From the NCBI GenBank assembly GCA_047495785.1, contig JBLDXI010000029.1:930001-994000 (forward strand): a stretch of 64,000 nucleotides of DNA. The letters run 5' to 3'. The notes beneath the pieces are model-generated. The model had not been told where the DNA came from, searched no databases, and was given only the letters and a program-made list of their open reading frames with translations. This DNA is from Lepidodermella squamata (taxonomy: Eukaryota; Animalia; Gastrotricha). Shown here piece after piece: positions 1 to 11,078 of this stretch (the stretch's first letter is position 1; the number at the start of each line of letters is the position of its first letter). The position numbers and the translations under genes are program-made.

Positions 1-69
1 GTTACAAGGTTTGAGTTGAAAAAACGGGCAATCTACGTTCAGGCATCAAGATATTTTATATTTGAGTAA

Positions 70-1092
70 TCAAGACCACGAAGTGGCATTAGACGAGCTT
101 TGGTTGGTCGCCAGCGCTGCCGCATTGTCAGCACCTGCAACATTAGTAATTTGCTGTAACGAGGAATTTCCATTTTTTGACGATGACGGTAAAGCTTTCG
201 TATTTCCAGGCGGAGTCGATGGCGTAGTAGTTGGAGGCGAAATACTAGGAAGTTGTTGATCCAGTTTGTTGGAATTCGTACGAAGAACTCGGAAGAATCG
301 GCAAACTACATCGCTTTCATTTACAGGAACCGTATCGAAGTGATTAACCACCATTTCTTGCAGCTGGTTCTTATTACCAGCCTTGCCCGATATTTTATGA
401 GTCTGTCGATACCTGCGTAAAACTTGAAGTGACATCGTTTTCACTATGCTTTCAATTAGTTGACGGTTGGCAGCGATATCGCTTTGAGAAGGTGCGTCTG
501 CAGCAGCACTGCCAGATCTCTTACCAGTAAAACTGTCATTCGTATTCTCGTCATCACTCGCATGTTGTTGACGCCGTACGACTTTCGAATTACGAACCCG
601 TTGAATCAAGTTTTTGTGGTGATCACAAATGTAGATGTGCTTGCAATTAATATCTGTATTCAGCTTCAGCCCTTTCTGACTAGCCATTTTGTTGATCTTG
701 CGACTGAAGCTAGCATTACCAGCAACGCGATTACATCGTTTTCCGCAGTCGAGTAGGCAACAGTACTGCTTGGCGTCTTGAGTTTGATCCGATTGCGCAC
801 TGTTGCTGGGTGGATCGATGCTTTCCACAGGGGCTGGTTCGTTCATCGCTACATCAGGGGGAGGGGGAGCTGAGACTGGAGCTTGATTTGGCCATACCTC
901 GACAGAGGAACCCACAGAGGGCGGAACAGCAACGACTCGTTGGATGATGGGGAGCTGCTGAGTTGAAGTAGCTTGAGTGGCGGTTGTAGCTGAGGCATCC
1001 ATTGGCTCAGCTTTGGGCCGTGCATCGACAGCACCTTCTTCTGACGTCACTTGCGTTTCCAAGATCACATCAGGGACAGGGTCTTGCTCCAT
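70..1092 (-). CDS. SAP30: Sin3 histone deacetylase complex subunit SAP30/SAP30L
   Basis: SAP30 zinc finger CCLLDCGKRCNRVAGNASFSRKI...HIYICDHHKNLIQ and C-terminal Sin3-binding region LRRYRQTHKI...KNQLQEMVVNHF...VNESDVV. First ATG at 1092. Confidence 0.92.
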   Translation of the reverse strand: MEQDPVPDVILETQVTSEEGAVDARPKAEPMDASATTATQATSTQQLPIIQRVVAVPPSVGSSVEVWPNQAPVSAPPPPDVAMNEPAPVESIDPPSNSAQSDQTQDAKQYCCLLDCGKRCNRVAGNASFSRKINKMASQKGLKLNTDINCKHIYICDHHKNLIQRVRNSKVVRRQQHASDDENTNDSFTGKRSGSAAADAPSQSDIAANRQLIESIVKTMSLQVLRRYRQTHKISGKAGNKNQLQEMVVNHFDTVPVNESDVVCRFFRVLRTNSNKLDQQLPSISPPTTTPSTPPGNTKALPSSSKNGNSSLQQITNVAGADNAAALATNQSSSNATSWS

Positions 1093-1811
1093 CAAACAGA
1101 AAAACAGAAGTTCTATTAGGAAAGTGCACAGTTAAGTCATAACGTTCACGGAATACTTAAGCATGATGTGTGTAACTCATGCAAAATAATTATGCATTAA
1201 AAAGTAAAATCAGGATGTCAAATACTTTGGATGAACTTCAATGATAGCTACGATAGGCGTCTTGGATAAAAAGATATGCGTCGTCCCGTCAATTCCGGCT
1301 TGAAATGAATCAGCCTAAACAAGCTCAGAAGCCGATTGCAGGTGAAAGGCATACGACAGCCGTCAGCCAACGGGGTTGCGCCAAGGAGCGGGTGCATCAG
1401 CCAACAACAACCCACACCACTTGCAGAAAAAGCTGAACGCGAAAACGCGCGGCGTTCAAAATCTAGCAACAATAATATTTTGCAATATTCTTATTTGCAA
1501 TATTTGTATTCGTTCGGATTATTTCACGGCAACAACGTTGAAAAAATTAGCTTGACTTGCGCGCGCGATGATTGCACACCTGGTCGGCAAACTGACCTTT
1601 GAACCTTTTCTTAGTGTCCGGCGACAAGTTCTGCGGGGGCCTTGCCACATAGGGTTACGCTATTCAAGCTAACCGCTAAACTAAATTTTAAATTTTCCAG
1701 ACCGATGTATTTTATCTTTGCCTTCATACCATCAATTGGATTATTCCGTGCCCAACTTACCAAGCATTTTATGAACTTTTCATGTTTAGAAGAAGTCTGT
1801 AAATCAGTTTA

Positions 1812-2960
1812 ATGAGTGTCAATAAGCGCATTCTTTGCGCGGCTTGGAATCAGGATTATGGTTGCTTCGCGTGTGGGTTCGAAAATGGATTCAGAATCTT
1901 CAACACTGATCCTTTGAAGGAGCGACAGAAGGTTGAATTCACCGATGGTGGAATCGGAATTGTTGAGATGCTTTATCGATGCAACTATATTGCTCTAGTT
2001 GGTGGAGGCCAGCGGCCTAGATTTCCGCCAAATCGTGTGGTAATATGGGACGATTTAAAACGAGAAACAATCATCGAATTAGATTTCCCATCCCCTGTCA
2101 GAGCTGTCAGATTGCGCCGAGATAGAATTGTGGTCGTATTGGACTCTGTAATTCGACTGTTCACATTCACTCAGCAGCCTAAGGAGTTACATAGCTTCGA
2201 AACTCTGTATAATCCTAGGGGCGTATGTGCCCTTAGCCCAGCTAGTACCAACTCCTTACTGGCGATACCTTCACGAAGTAAAGTTGGATCCATCGACCTC
2301 ATCGATCTTGCCGACGCTGATAGAGCCCCATTGGTTATAGCTGCTCACAATTCTTCATTGCGAACCTTGAGTTTCAACTCCGTCGGTAGTTTGCTAGCAT
2401 CAGCCTCTGAGAAGGGAACTTTGGTGCGGTTATTTGATACGAAAACTGGTCAATGCTGCCAAGAAGTTCGCAGAGGAACGCAACCAGCTACCGTCTATAG
2501 CATCGCCTTTTCTCCTGATAGCAATTTCTTCTGTGTGGCGAGCGACCGCGGGACGGTTCATGTTTTTGAAACGGAGTCAGTTCCAAAGGAATCACCGGAT
2601 GGCGAGCAAGCTCCTTTGTCGTCTTCACCCCCTTCCAATGGCTCGAATAACAAATTCACCAAATTACGCAATAAAATTGCTGGCTCCGCTGGAGCAAAAC
2701 ATTCCTTTGTCAAGCTACCCGTTCAGTCACAAAGCAGCGGGTTATGTTTGGCGGCATTCGGTAACTCCTCGGAGACCATTGCTGTTATAAGTACAGATGG
2801 CTCATACGCACGGTATCGTCTGCATTTTCCAAGTAAAAGGCTGGTGAATTCCAATGGAAATCTCCAGTCTTGGGACTCCGCGGGCGGTGTCACCGCTACA
2901 CGTGATCTATTTGCACATTTTCTCGACTTGCGCGAACAAAGCTACGGCGACGGTATCTAA
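1812..2960 (+). CDS. WDR45B: PROPPIN WD40 autophagy protein WIPI3/WDR45B (ATG18 family), single exon
   Basis: NQDYGCFACGFENGFRIFNTDPLKE, EMLYRCNYIALVGGG, ASASEKGTLVRLFD, and the phosphoinositide-binding VRRG (F/LRRG) motif. Confidence 0.93.
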   Translation: MSVNKRILCAAWNQDYGCFACGFENGFRIFNTDPLKERQKVEFTDGGIGIVEMLYRCNYIALVGGGQRPRFPPNRVVIWDDLKRETIIELDFPSPVRAVRLRRDRIVVVLDSVIRLFTFTQQPKELHSFETLYNPRGVCALSPASTNSLLAIPSRSKVGSIDLIDLADADRAPLVIAAHNSSLRTLSFNSVGSLLASASEKGTLVRLFDTKTGQCCQEVRRGTQPATVYSIAFSPDSNFFCVASDRGTVHVFETESVPKESPDGEQAPLSSSPPSNGSNNKFTKLRNKIAGSAGAKHSFVKLPVQSQSSGLCLAAFGNSSETIAVISTDGSYARYRLHFPSKRLVNSNGNLQSWDSAGGVTATRDLFAHFLDLREQSYGDGI

Positions 2961-3380
2961 AAACTTCAGTTATTTATTATTTCTATAAATTTGTGGAAAT
3001 TGAGTTGTTGTACGAATATAATGCTATAATATGTCTGCTTTTCTCTTATTCTTTCGACGGATTGAAACAAAAATTGATTTTCAGTGCTATGCACGTGGAG
3101 GGGTTTCCTCTTCCTGAGGCAGCTTGTATAAAAACCGTGTCAAATCGGTGCTACTTCAAGTTTGTACGTGTTTTTTTTCGTGAAGTTGGTTATGCAGAGA
3201 TAACGACGATAGATGATCGATAATTGTTGCAATCGAATAATTTAATTATTGCCAAATAATCTATTCTTATCCAAATTGAAGATTGAAAATCACGAGTAAA
3301 ATTCCTCTATTACAAATTAGAAATCGATTGCGTATAATTAATTATTTTTTGTTAATAGGGTTTGTGTTAAAAAGCAAACT

Positions 3381-6300
3381 ATGAGGTGGCTCGTCGGCAA
3401 ATCTGGATGTAAGTAACACTTTTTTCACGTTTTGTGTTCAACCACACGTTTACTGCCGTTAGTGATATTCTTTACGCATTATAAGAAGTTTTAAACGTGT
3501 TTAGTAATAATAGAAAGCTATTTAGTACACAAAAAGAAATTTGAGATGGGGAATTTCTATCTATAACTTTTCTTTAGACCAGAAAACCACTTGGCTTCTG
3601 CGGAGATACATGGCTACTGGTGAATATCAAAACTTTCGCTATGCGAAGAACAACGATGTCGCTATTATCAAGGTGAGTTATCGCGAAAATTATAGGACAT
3701 TTAATTTTCAAGGCTAGCGAATTTATTACGTAATTTTTTTTACAGATCGACATGAAAGACTCGAAAGTAAATACGCTGAACATGAAGTTGCAGCAAGAAT
3801 TCGAGCATTTAGTCAACACAGTCGCATCTGACGCGTCAGTCAAAGCCGTCGTCCTCATGTCGGCTAAGCCCGGCTCATTCGTAGCTGGCGCCGATATTGG
3901 CATGCTTGAGCGCTCGAAGAGCGCCGAGGAGACGCAAAAAATGTCCGAAGAGGGTCAGAAATTGTTCCAACGCATCGCTGATAGCAAGAAGCCGTACGTT
4001 GCCGCTATTCAGGGTAACTGCCTCGGCGGCGGTATGGAATTAGCCCTGGCTTGCCACTACCGAATTGCGGTCAAGGATAAGAAAACGACCCTGGGCCTGC
4101 CCGAGGTTATGCTCGGTCTTCTGCCCGGTGCGGGTGGTACTCAACGTCTGCCGGCTATCGTGCCGCTCATCGACGCGCTACCTCTGATTTTAACCGGAAA
4201 GTCGCTGAAAGCTCAACAGGCGAAAAAATTGTTCTTAGTCGATCAAATCGTCGAACAATTAGGCCCGGGTATCAAAACTGCGGAGGAGAGGACGATGGAA
4301 TATTTGGAGGAGGTCGCGATTGAAGCGGCTAGGCAGCTAGGTTCGGGTAAAATGACCATCCCAGAGCGGACTAATACCCGGAAGAAAATCATCGATTGGC
4401 TTGTTTCCTTCGAATACGTTCGTAACAAGATTTTCGAAAAGGCGAAAGCGGGTGTTATGAAGCAGACCCATGGTCTGTACCCAGCCCCGCTTAAAATCCT
4501 CGAGGTTGTCCGCGAGGGTATTGAACATGGCATGAAGAAGGGCCTGGAGCTCGAGGCGAAACGGTTTGGAGAGCTGTCGCAAACTGGCGCCTCGAAGGCG
4601 CTGATTGGCCTGTACCACGGCCAGACTGCGTGCAAGAAGAACAAATTCGGCAAGCCAGCGACTAATGTTAAGACGATTGGAGTCCTCGGGGCGGGTCTTA
4701 TGGGCGCTGGTATTGCTCAGGTTTCGATCGACAAGGGCTATCGGGTGTTGATGAAGGACGTTACTCAGGAAGGACTCGGCCGGGGCCAGCAGCAAATTTA
4801 CAAAGGTTTGTTCAAAAATCTTGATTATCTTGTGTACATTTTATTATTAACAAAAATGGATGATAAAATAGAAAATTTCCAATGTTGGGACCCAAATTTA
4901 CTTCTTGGTTTTAATTTTGAATTTTACTAGTCTTTCCTGAGAAATACTTCATAGCTAAGAAGCCTCGACGGGATTTTTTATTTATTAAGCAGAAATTCTC
5001 CGGGATTCCGCGTTTCATTTTTCAATGAGGATCAAAAGCGATAAAATAATTGATTAGTTCGAGGGCATGTGCGAATTTTGGAGATTATAAGATGGGAATC
5101 GTTGTGGGGTTTATAATCAAATTTGTTTCGACCGCAAGATCCTATTAAAAAATACTAATACCTTGGTATAGGAAGAAGAGGGGATTTTCCGTTATTTTTT
5201 TGCCACTTGCATAAGTCGTTTTAATGCGATATTCATTATCCTAATGTTTACTTAATTTTTGTGAAATTTTCGAAACTTTTAGGCTTGAACGATCAGGTTA
5301 AGCGGAAGCGTATCACCTCGTTCGACGCCGAGAAGATTCAATCGAATTTGATCCCGACGACGAACTTCGCCGGTTTCGAACACGCTGATCTCGTCATCGA
5401 AGCCGTGTTCGAGGAGCTGTCCATCAAGCACAAGGTTGTGAAGGAGACGGAAGCCGTCGTGCCCGAACGCTGCGTTTTCGCCTCGAACACCTCCGCCATC
5501 CCGATCGGCCGCATCGCCGAGGCGTCGAAACGGCCCGACCGCGTTGTTGGCATGCACTACTTCTCGCCCGTCGACAAGATGCAGTTGTTGGAAATCATCA
5601 CGACGGACAAAACTTCGAAAGAAGCCGCGGCTGTTGCCGTCGATGTCGGCCTTAAACAGGGCAAGGTAATAATCCGCACTGCAGTCCTCTAAACTTTATC
5701 GATCAGGATCAGGATCAGGATCAGGATTTACGATTTCTCCTCGCCCTGACGGACTCAAGCTTTCACCATAAGGCGGAGCTTGTGAGAAAATCGCGAGCTT
5801 ACGCTCTAGGAAAGTTTGAACTGGTTTAATAACTACATAATTGAAATCCCTACCCCTGGTACTCCAGTTATTGCTGACTGTTTCTCCAGGGCCCAGGCAT
5901 TAGTGCCCAGGTGGCTTTTCCACTCACTCAGCGAAGCCTACAAACGCCGTCGTAGCAAGAAAGCTACCAAAAGACTAGTTTGGAGGAATATTTACAAGAG
6001 TAGAGATAATTTACAAGAGGTAATTCACGAGCCAAAATATAAGATAATTTAATGACGGAGCTATAAAGAAAATAAAGTATATTACATTTGGTTGAGTATA
6101 GGCTTTGAAAAATATAAATAGAAATTTGGAAAACTCGATTTTAGATAACGAATGATTAGCCGCCAGTATCCCTAAAAATGACTGGAAAATTTCGAAAATT
6201 TTCATTTGAGATTGAAATGACACAAATTTTAAAATTTGATTTTTTTATAAAATGACGGATAATAATATGGAGAAATCATAAAATAACTTTTAAACTCATG

Positions 6301-7968
6301 TAATTTTAAAATATTTAGATTTGAAAATGGGCTTCAAAGTTGAACAGTAAAAAATTAAGTTTTCGAATTTATGTGTGATTTATTGAAGTCGAAATTTCCT
6401 TTGGGTAATTTACGGTGAGTAATCTAAATTTTTTTTTATAGAATCAAGCTAGTCTCTTTTAAGGAGGATTAAAGTCTCCTAGACGTCTGAAGCTTTAAAA
6501 TTCAAAATCCTCACCAAAAATAGGGTTGAATTATGTGAAATCTGAGAAACGACATTATTCAAGTCAAAACCTGTACAGATGTTCTTAAATTTCGCTCAAC
6601 TCCACTTTTCACTTGTTGACAGTCACATTGAAAAATGTCATTTAAAAAAAAATATGTATATTTAATTGAGTTTTTTGAGCGCAATTGTTTTGCAGAGATT
6701 CGTTTTTAAAGCTGCTTATTTATGCTCTGCTTGTTTTTAGGTTGTGATTGTTGTGAAAGACGGTCCCGGTTTCTACACCACCCGCATTCTGAGCCCAACT
6801 ATGGCCGAATTGACGCGCGTCCTGCAGGAAGGCGTCTCCCCCACCGATCTGGACAAGATCGCGAAGAAGAGCGGCTTCCCGGTCGGTCTGGCGACCCTTC
6901 TCGACGAGGTCGGCATCGACGTCTCCGCCCACGTTGCCACGTTCATGGCGAAGGAGTTCGGCTCACGCATGGCTGGCGGTAACATCAAGATCATCGAAGA
7001 GCTGGTTGCTGGCAAGATGCTCGGCCGCAAGACTGGCAAGGGCCTGTTCGTGTACACTGCCGGCTCGAAAGAGCGCCCGGAAAATCCGGACGCGCTGGCC
7101 ATCCTCAAGAAGTACCACGTTGCGCCCAAAGTCGAGTAAATTTTTGCTATTCTTAGCTAATATTTCAGATTGAATGTATGATTTTTCTGTGATTTTATCA
7201 GAAACACCCAGCAGCATGTGTTCGAACGTATTCTGCTTCGATTCGTCAACGAAGCCATTTTGTGCCTGCAGGAAGGCATTCTCGCTACCCCGGTGAGTTT
7301 TCGCTTTGAAATATTACCGTTGATAATTTCCTGACAAAATTTGAGCTAATAGTCTGACTTTAATTTCTTTAATTTCAGCAAACAATTGATAATTTGTATT
7401 TTCTTAAATTTATTTTCTCCCATTGAGAACTCTGCTTTTGGAAAATTTACGGCTAAAACTATCAGGATAATGGAATATGATAGAAGTTCGAAGAATTTCG
7501 AAAAAATTCTGATTTTCCATGGATGGAAAATTTCGAAAAGCGTAACAATTGGGAAATTTTCAAGTTTTGATGATGTGAAAGGTACTTCAATGGAAACCTA
7601 AGTTTTTAAATAGGTTGGAAATTTTCGACTCCTTGAGCCTTAAGCCATTGACTATTGACGTTTTCGAATAGACTTAGATATTTGTTGACCTCTTAATTTC
7701 ATGCGAACCATTGTGAAATTATTCATTGCTATTCGTTAAATTTGTTCTTGTTTTTAAATAGCTTGAAGGCGACATCGGCGCGGTGTTCGGTCTCGGTTTC
7801 CCGCCATATTTGGGCGGCCCGTTCCGCTACGTCGACCTGACGGGCGCCGATCAGGTTGTGGCGAAGATGGAGAAACTCGCGTCGATCTACGGCTCCGAGT
7901 TCGCGCCGTGCCAAATGCTGAAGGACATGGCGAAGAACAACGGCAAATTCCACAAGAAGGCGGAATAA
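3381..7968 (+). CDS. HADHA: Mitochondrial trifunctional enzyme subunit alpha, 7 exons (approx. 3381-3408, 3578-3672, 3746-4805, 5283-5665, 6741-7135, 7202-7292, 7762-7968)
   Basis: Enoyl-CoA hydratase motifs ([34 protein letters not shown]), GAGLMG Rossmann fold, [34 protein letters not shown] introns join the ORF pieces in frame. Confidence 0.96.
5701..5806 (-). mobile_element. Possible 3' end of a LINE/SINE in a HADHA intron: hairpin followed by an (ATCCTG)4 tail
   Basis: (GATCAG)4 at 5701-5726 lies next to an imperfect GC-richer hairpin (gatttctc...gagaaaatc) inside an otherwise AT-rich intron. Confidence 0.35.
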
Positions 7969-8829
7969 AAAATCATATGTGCAGCAAAATCATACCAGAC
8001 ACCAGTTTATTATACGTAATATCGTAAACAAAATGAACTGACCGATCGAAATCGGTTGAAAGAGAACTTTAGCCATTATGATATGCAGAACTGCTGCTAT
8101 AAAATCGAACCCGATCGTAATTTGTGTAATTATGCAGATGAAATATCAGTTGTGCGTAGCAATAAAACCAAACCCTGGTAAAAAATGCAACTATGCGATG
8201 ATAATATTATTATTTTAGTTGTGGTGAATAAACGAGCCAAGTCTCTTTCTGAAAGTTGAGATTGCGTGATCATCCTTTTTTGTGTTCTGTTCCTCTTTCT
8301 TTCTTCGTGACGAGAAAAACTGCGCAAAATAAAATCGTATTAAATTAAATTTAAAATTGTCATATCTTCATTTTTGGGCGTTGAATAACGAAGATAAGCT
8401 GAAAGAACTGCAATAGTAATTTAAGATATCACCTTTGCTCGTAACATTTGTGACGAAATTTCGACCTACATTAATTGACGCGTCCAAGTTCGTTCTCGCT
8501 ACAGATTTCTAGCTACTACTGGTATTTTCACGGAGTGTCCTCCTGTTACCGGAACCAAATTTTCTGTTGCGGGACCATATTTGCCTGTTAGCGGAACCAA
8601 ATTTCGGAATATTTAGTGAACGTGAAACCATTTTTCAGTAATTCCAACGATGCTATTGCAAACGCAGAATCAAAAGGTGTGATCACATTATGTTAGTATT
8701 GAACGAGAAATTGGCGGAACTAATTTATTTTTACTCTTAAAAATAATTTTCCAAAATATCGTATCAAATATTCACTGATTCGAAGTCTTCATTATTTTTT
8801 GCCCACCAGGGCATCGGCAATGATTATTT

Positions 8830-9393
8830 CTACTGGGGAGCAGCGCCAGTCTCGACGGCGACGCTGTAGGAGAAGTTGTTGGAGGCGGAGTAGCTGCCGC
8901 TCTTGTGGCCCTTGCGACCCTTGTTGCGCTTGCCGCCGAACTTCTTGTGGCCAGCCTTCTTGTTGAACTTGCCGTGACGCTTGTTCTTGCGGCCGCCGAA
9001 CGAGCCCGATCGCGAGTACGAGCCAGACTTGGACATGCGCTGGTGCACGCGCTTGAACTTCTTGGTGGACACCTTGCGGGTGTGCTTGTTGGTGCGGGCG
9101 GACACGGATGCGGACACCGACTTGGAGTACGAGCCGCGGCGCTTGTTGCGCTTCGAGACAAACTTCTTGCCGAAGTTCTTCGCCGGCCGCTTGTTCTTCT
9201 GGTACGAGCCGCTCTTCGAGACGCTGTACGAGTAGCTTCGGGAAATTTCCTTGTTCGGCTTGCCACGACCAGCTTCAGTCTCGGTGAAGGCTGAAAAAAG
9301 AAGAAACAAAGAATACTTGCCGAAAGCACTAGGCTTGAATGCTTTACCAAGAGCCACGAGGATGGCAACAGCAATGGCACAAGCGAAACGCAT
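8830..9393 (-). CDS. Secreted, highly basic Lys/Arg/Ser/Gly-rich protein (2 exons; 57-nt intron approx. 9291-9347)
   Basis: Spliced signal peptide MRFACAIAVAILVALAFTETEA; in-frame GT...ttttttcAG intron; strongly G/C-ending codons; TATAAA upstream. Confidence 0.8.
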   Translation of the reverse strand: MRFACAIAVAILVALGKAFKPSAFGKYSLFLLFSAFTETEAGRGKPNKEISRSYSYSVSKSGSYQKNKRPAKNFGKKFVSKRNKRRGSYSKSVSASVSARTNKHTRKVSTKKFKRVHQRMSKSGSYSRSGSFGGRKNKRHGKFNKKAGHKKFGGKRNKGRKGHKSGSYSASNNFSYSVAVETGAAPQ

Positions 9394-9471
9394 TTTGGAA
9401 ATGTTATTCAAGATTTAAGCGAATATCAAATAGAAATCGAATATTGATGGTGATCGCGGGATGGGGCAGGA

Positions 9472-9495
9472 TTTATAGGGATGGCTAATTGGTTA
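9472..9495 (-). promoter_or_regulatory. TATA box (TATAAA, 9472-9477) and CCAAT-like element upstream of the basic secreted protein gene
   Basis: Minus strand reads ...aaccaattagccatccctataaatcc..., about 80 nt upstream of the ATG. Confidence 0.5.
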
Positions 9496-9670
9496 GGCGT
9501 TAGGCGAATTCTGGCATAATTGATATTTTTTGTTGTTAATTGAGTTGAAATAAAAGGGAATCATTGGCTAACGATGGAATGGCGTAACAACGGAACCTCC
9601 CTCTTCTACTCCAAACCGAATACCCAAAGTTCAAAGAAAACTAAAGAATGAAATCAATGAATAAAAGGTG

Positions 9671-9731
9671 TTCCCTGAACCCGGGCCGCCGCGGTGAAAG
9701 CGCGGAATCCTAACCACTAGACCATCAGGGA
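9671..9731 (-). pseudogene. tRNA-Glu(TTC) pseudogene with an 11-nt deletion in the T arm
   Basis: TCCCTGATGGTCTAGTGGTTAGGATTCCGCGCTTTCACCGCGGCGGCCCGGGTTC|AGGGAA. The expected GATTCCCGGTC-like segment is missing (61 nt instead of 72). Confidence 0.85.
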
Positions 9732-9803
9732 GTGCATGTTTAGCAATTGCACTGCTTGACTGTAGAATAATGCGATCGAAAATGAAACGATTAAAAAATG
9801 ATG

Positions 9804-9876
9804 CGCCCTCCGGGGGACTCGAACCCCCGACCCTGTGATTAAAAGTCACATGCTCTACCGACTGAGCTAGGAAGGC
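9804..9876 (-). tRNA. tRNA-Lys(TTT)
   Basis: 73-nt cloverleaf GCCTTCCTAGCTCAGTCGGTAGAGCATGTGACTTTTAATCACAGGGTCGGGGGTTCGAGTCCCCCGGAGGGCG with a downstream T6 terminator. Confidence 0.96.
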
Positions 9877-10191
9877 CCTTGCAAATGACGGCAATTGAGA
9901 TCAAGTTGAATGTGCTTGTAAAACTTGGCTTTGATTTCTTAGGGCTAACGAATGCTTAATTTGAATATGCACACTTTATACCTTTATTCTGAGCGCTTAA
10001 ATGCTCGCAGGAGGATTGACATGTAGGTACCAGTTTCAGTAATCATTTTATCTTTGTCTGAAGATGGTGTAATATCTTTTCAAGGTAACTAATTCAATCG
10101 AAAACCCAAGTCAAAATTTGCTAATTTATCGTGTTTTGAGCATCCAACTTCGGGTCGTGTTCAAAAGTCGAATGTGCTGGTGAGCATGTGT

Positions 10192-10568
10192 GGAGGCGGA
10201 CAACGCGTGAGTACCCTTTCAAGATTAGCTGCGAGTTGATCGCTGTCTCCTCCGACCGGCCGATCCCCCAGCCTTTGTGTGTCTTGTCGTTGTAGGTCTC
10301 TTCGCGCTGTCGCTCAATCGAGTAGCGGTGCCGCAGCACGTCGCGCGACGATCCACCGATCGATCGAACGACCGAACGCTCGGCGACCAGTAAGCTTTGG
10401 CTCTAACTCATGGGTGTATGCTGTGTCTTCTAGGCTACCAACCAGTGCGCCACCAGTGCCTAGCGGTAGTTTAGCTCCAGACCTCCTCTCTCTCCCTTCC
10501 ATAACGCCTCCACCAGCGGTGCCGTGGGCCTTGGCTCCCAGGAGCTTTGAGGCCGGCGCCCTTCTTTT
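10192..10568 (+). ncRNA. 7SK: 7SK snRNA (invertebrate type, approx. 377 nt)
   Basis: 5' GGAGGCG pairs with CGCCTCC (10505-10511; M1 stem). Paired TTGATCGC...GCCGATC motif (10236-10265; HEXIM-binding M3). 3' hairpin GGTGCCG...CGGCGCC ends in a CTTCTTTT Pol III terminator. Sits between tRNA genes. Confidence 0.8.
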
Positions 10569-10885
10569 GCGATTTTTGCCAATTGATTATTCAAAACGCT
10601 GGAATAGTTCAAGATAGTTCAAGTTTCACTAAGATTTAATCGTGAAATTGATGAGGGACGGGAATCTTTCGGAAATTACATATTTTTCGCCAAAATCTGA
10701 CGCGTTTTTAAAATGGCGAGAAATACAATCTGCATAGAGAGTGGACTTGACCTCGTTTGACGCTTGAAACGCCGAAGTGCTTAACGTGAATTCTCAAGGT
10801 TTAAAAGCGGCGTCCGGCGACCGGAGAAGGCAACATAGCGAGGCAAACTCATTTGTTTCTTTTCACGGCTTTGATGCAAAACTAT

Positions 10886-10967
10886 CGCTGCCAGTAGGAT
10901 TTGAACCTACGCGCGGAGACCGCATCTGATTTCAAGTCAGACCCCTTAACCACTCGGGCATAGCAGC
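10886..10967 (-). tRNA. tRNA-Ser(TGA)
   Basis: 82-nt cloverleaf with long variable arm, anticodon loop CT-TGA-AA, GGTTCAAATCC T arm. Confidence 0.95.
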
Positions 10968-11078
10968 TTCGATGAAGATAAAGACTTAAAATCCGCTCAT
11001 AAACAGAATTGTACATCAGCCAAAAACAAAACACAAAACAAACAATAACAAAACACAACCAAACGAAACATCAATTAC

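Noticed and set aside
1753-1764. CAACTTACCAAG resembling part of a rotifer spliced-leader exon
   Set aside because: Only a 12-nt match, with no following GT donor or Sm site; it can equally be a minus-strand GTAAGT donor.
4243-7217. Antisense and alternate-frame ORFs over HADHA (likewise over NAT10, IFT172, the LINE and TTLL7)
   Set aside because: These are shadow ORFs caused by the codon bias of the real genes.
8540-8605. Short spaced repeats (TGTTxCxGGAACCAAAT) as a CRISPR-like array
   Set aside because: Three degenerate tandem units with no spacers in a eukaryotic context; similar sequence at approx. 20478-20515 indicates a dispersed repeat.
10121-10617. ORFs 10121..10339, 10279..10617 and 10314..10502
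   Set aside because: They overlap the GC-rich 7SK candidate and have no protein motifs.
10886-10967. tRNA-Sec or opal suppressor (TTCAA on the plus strand)
   Set aside because: The gene is on the minus strand, where the anticodon is TGA (Ser), and it has a normal 7-bp acceptor stem.
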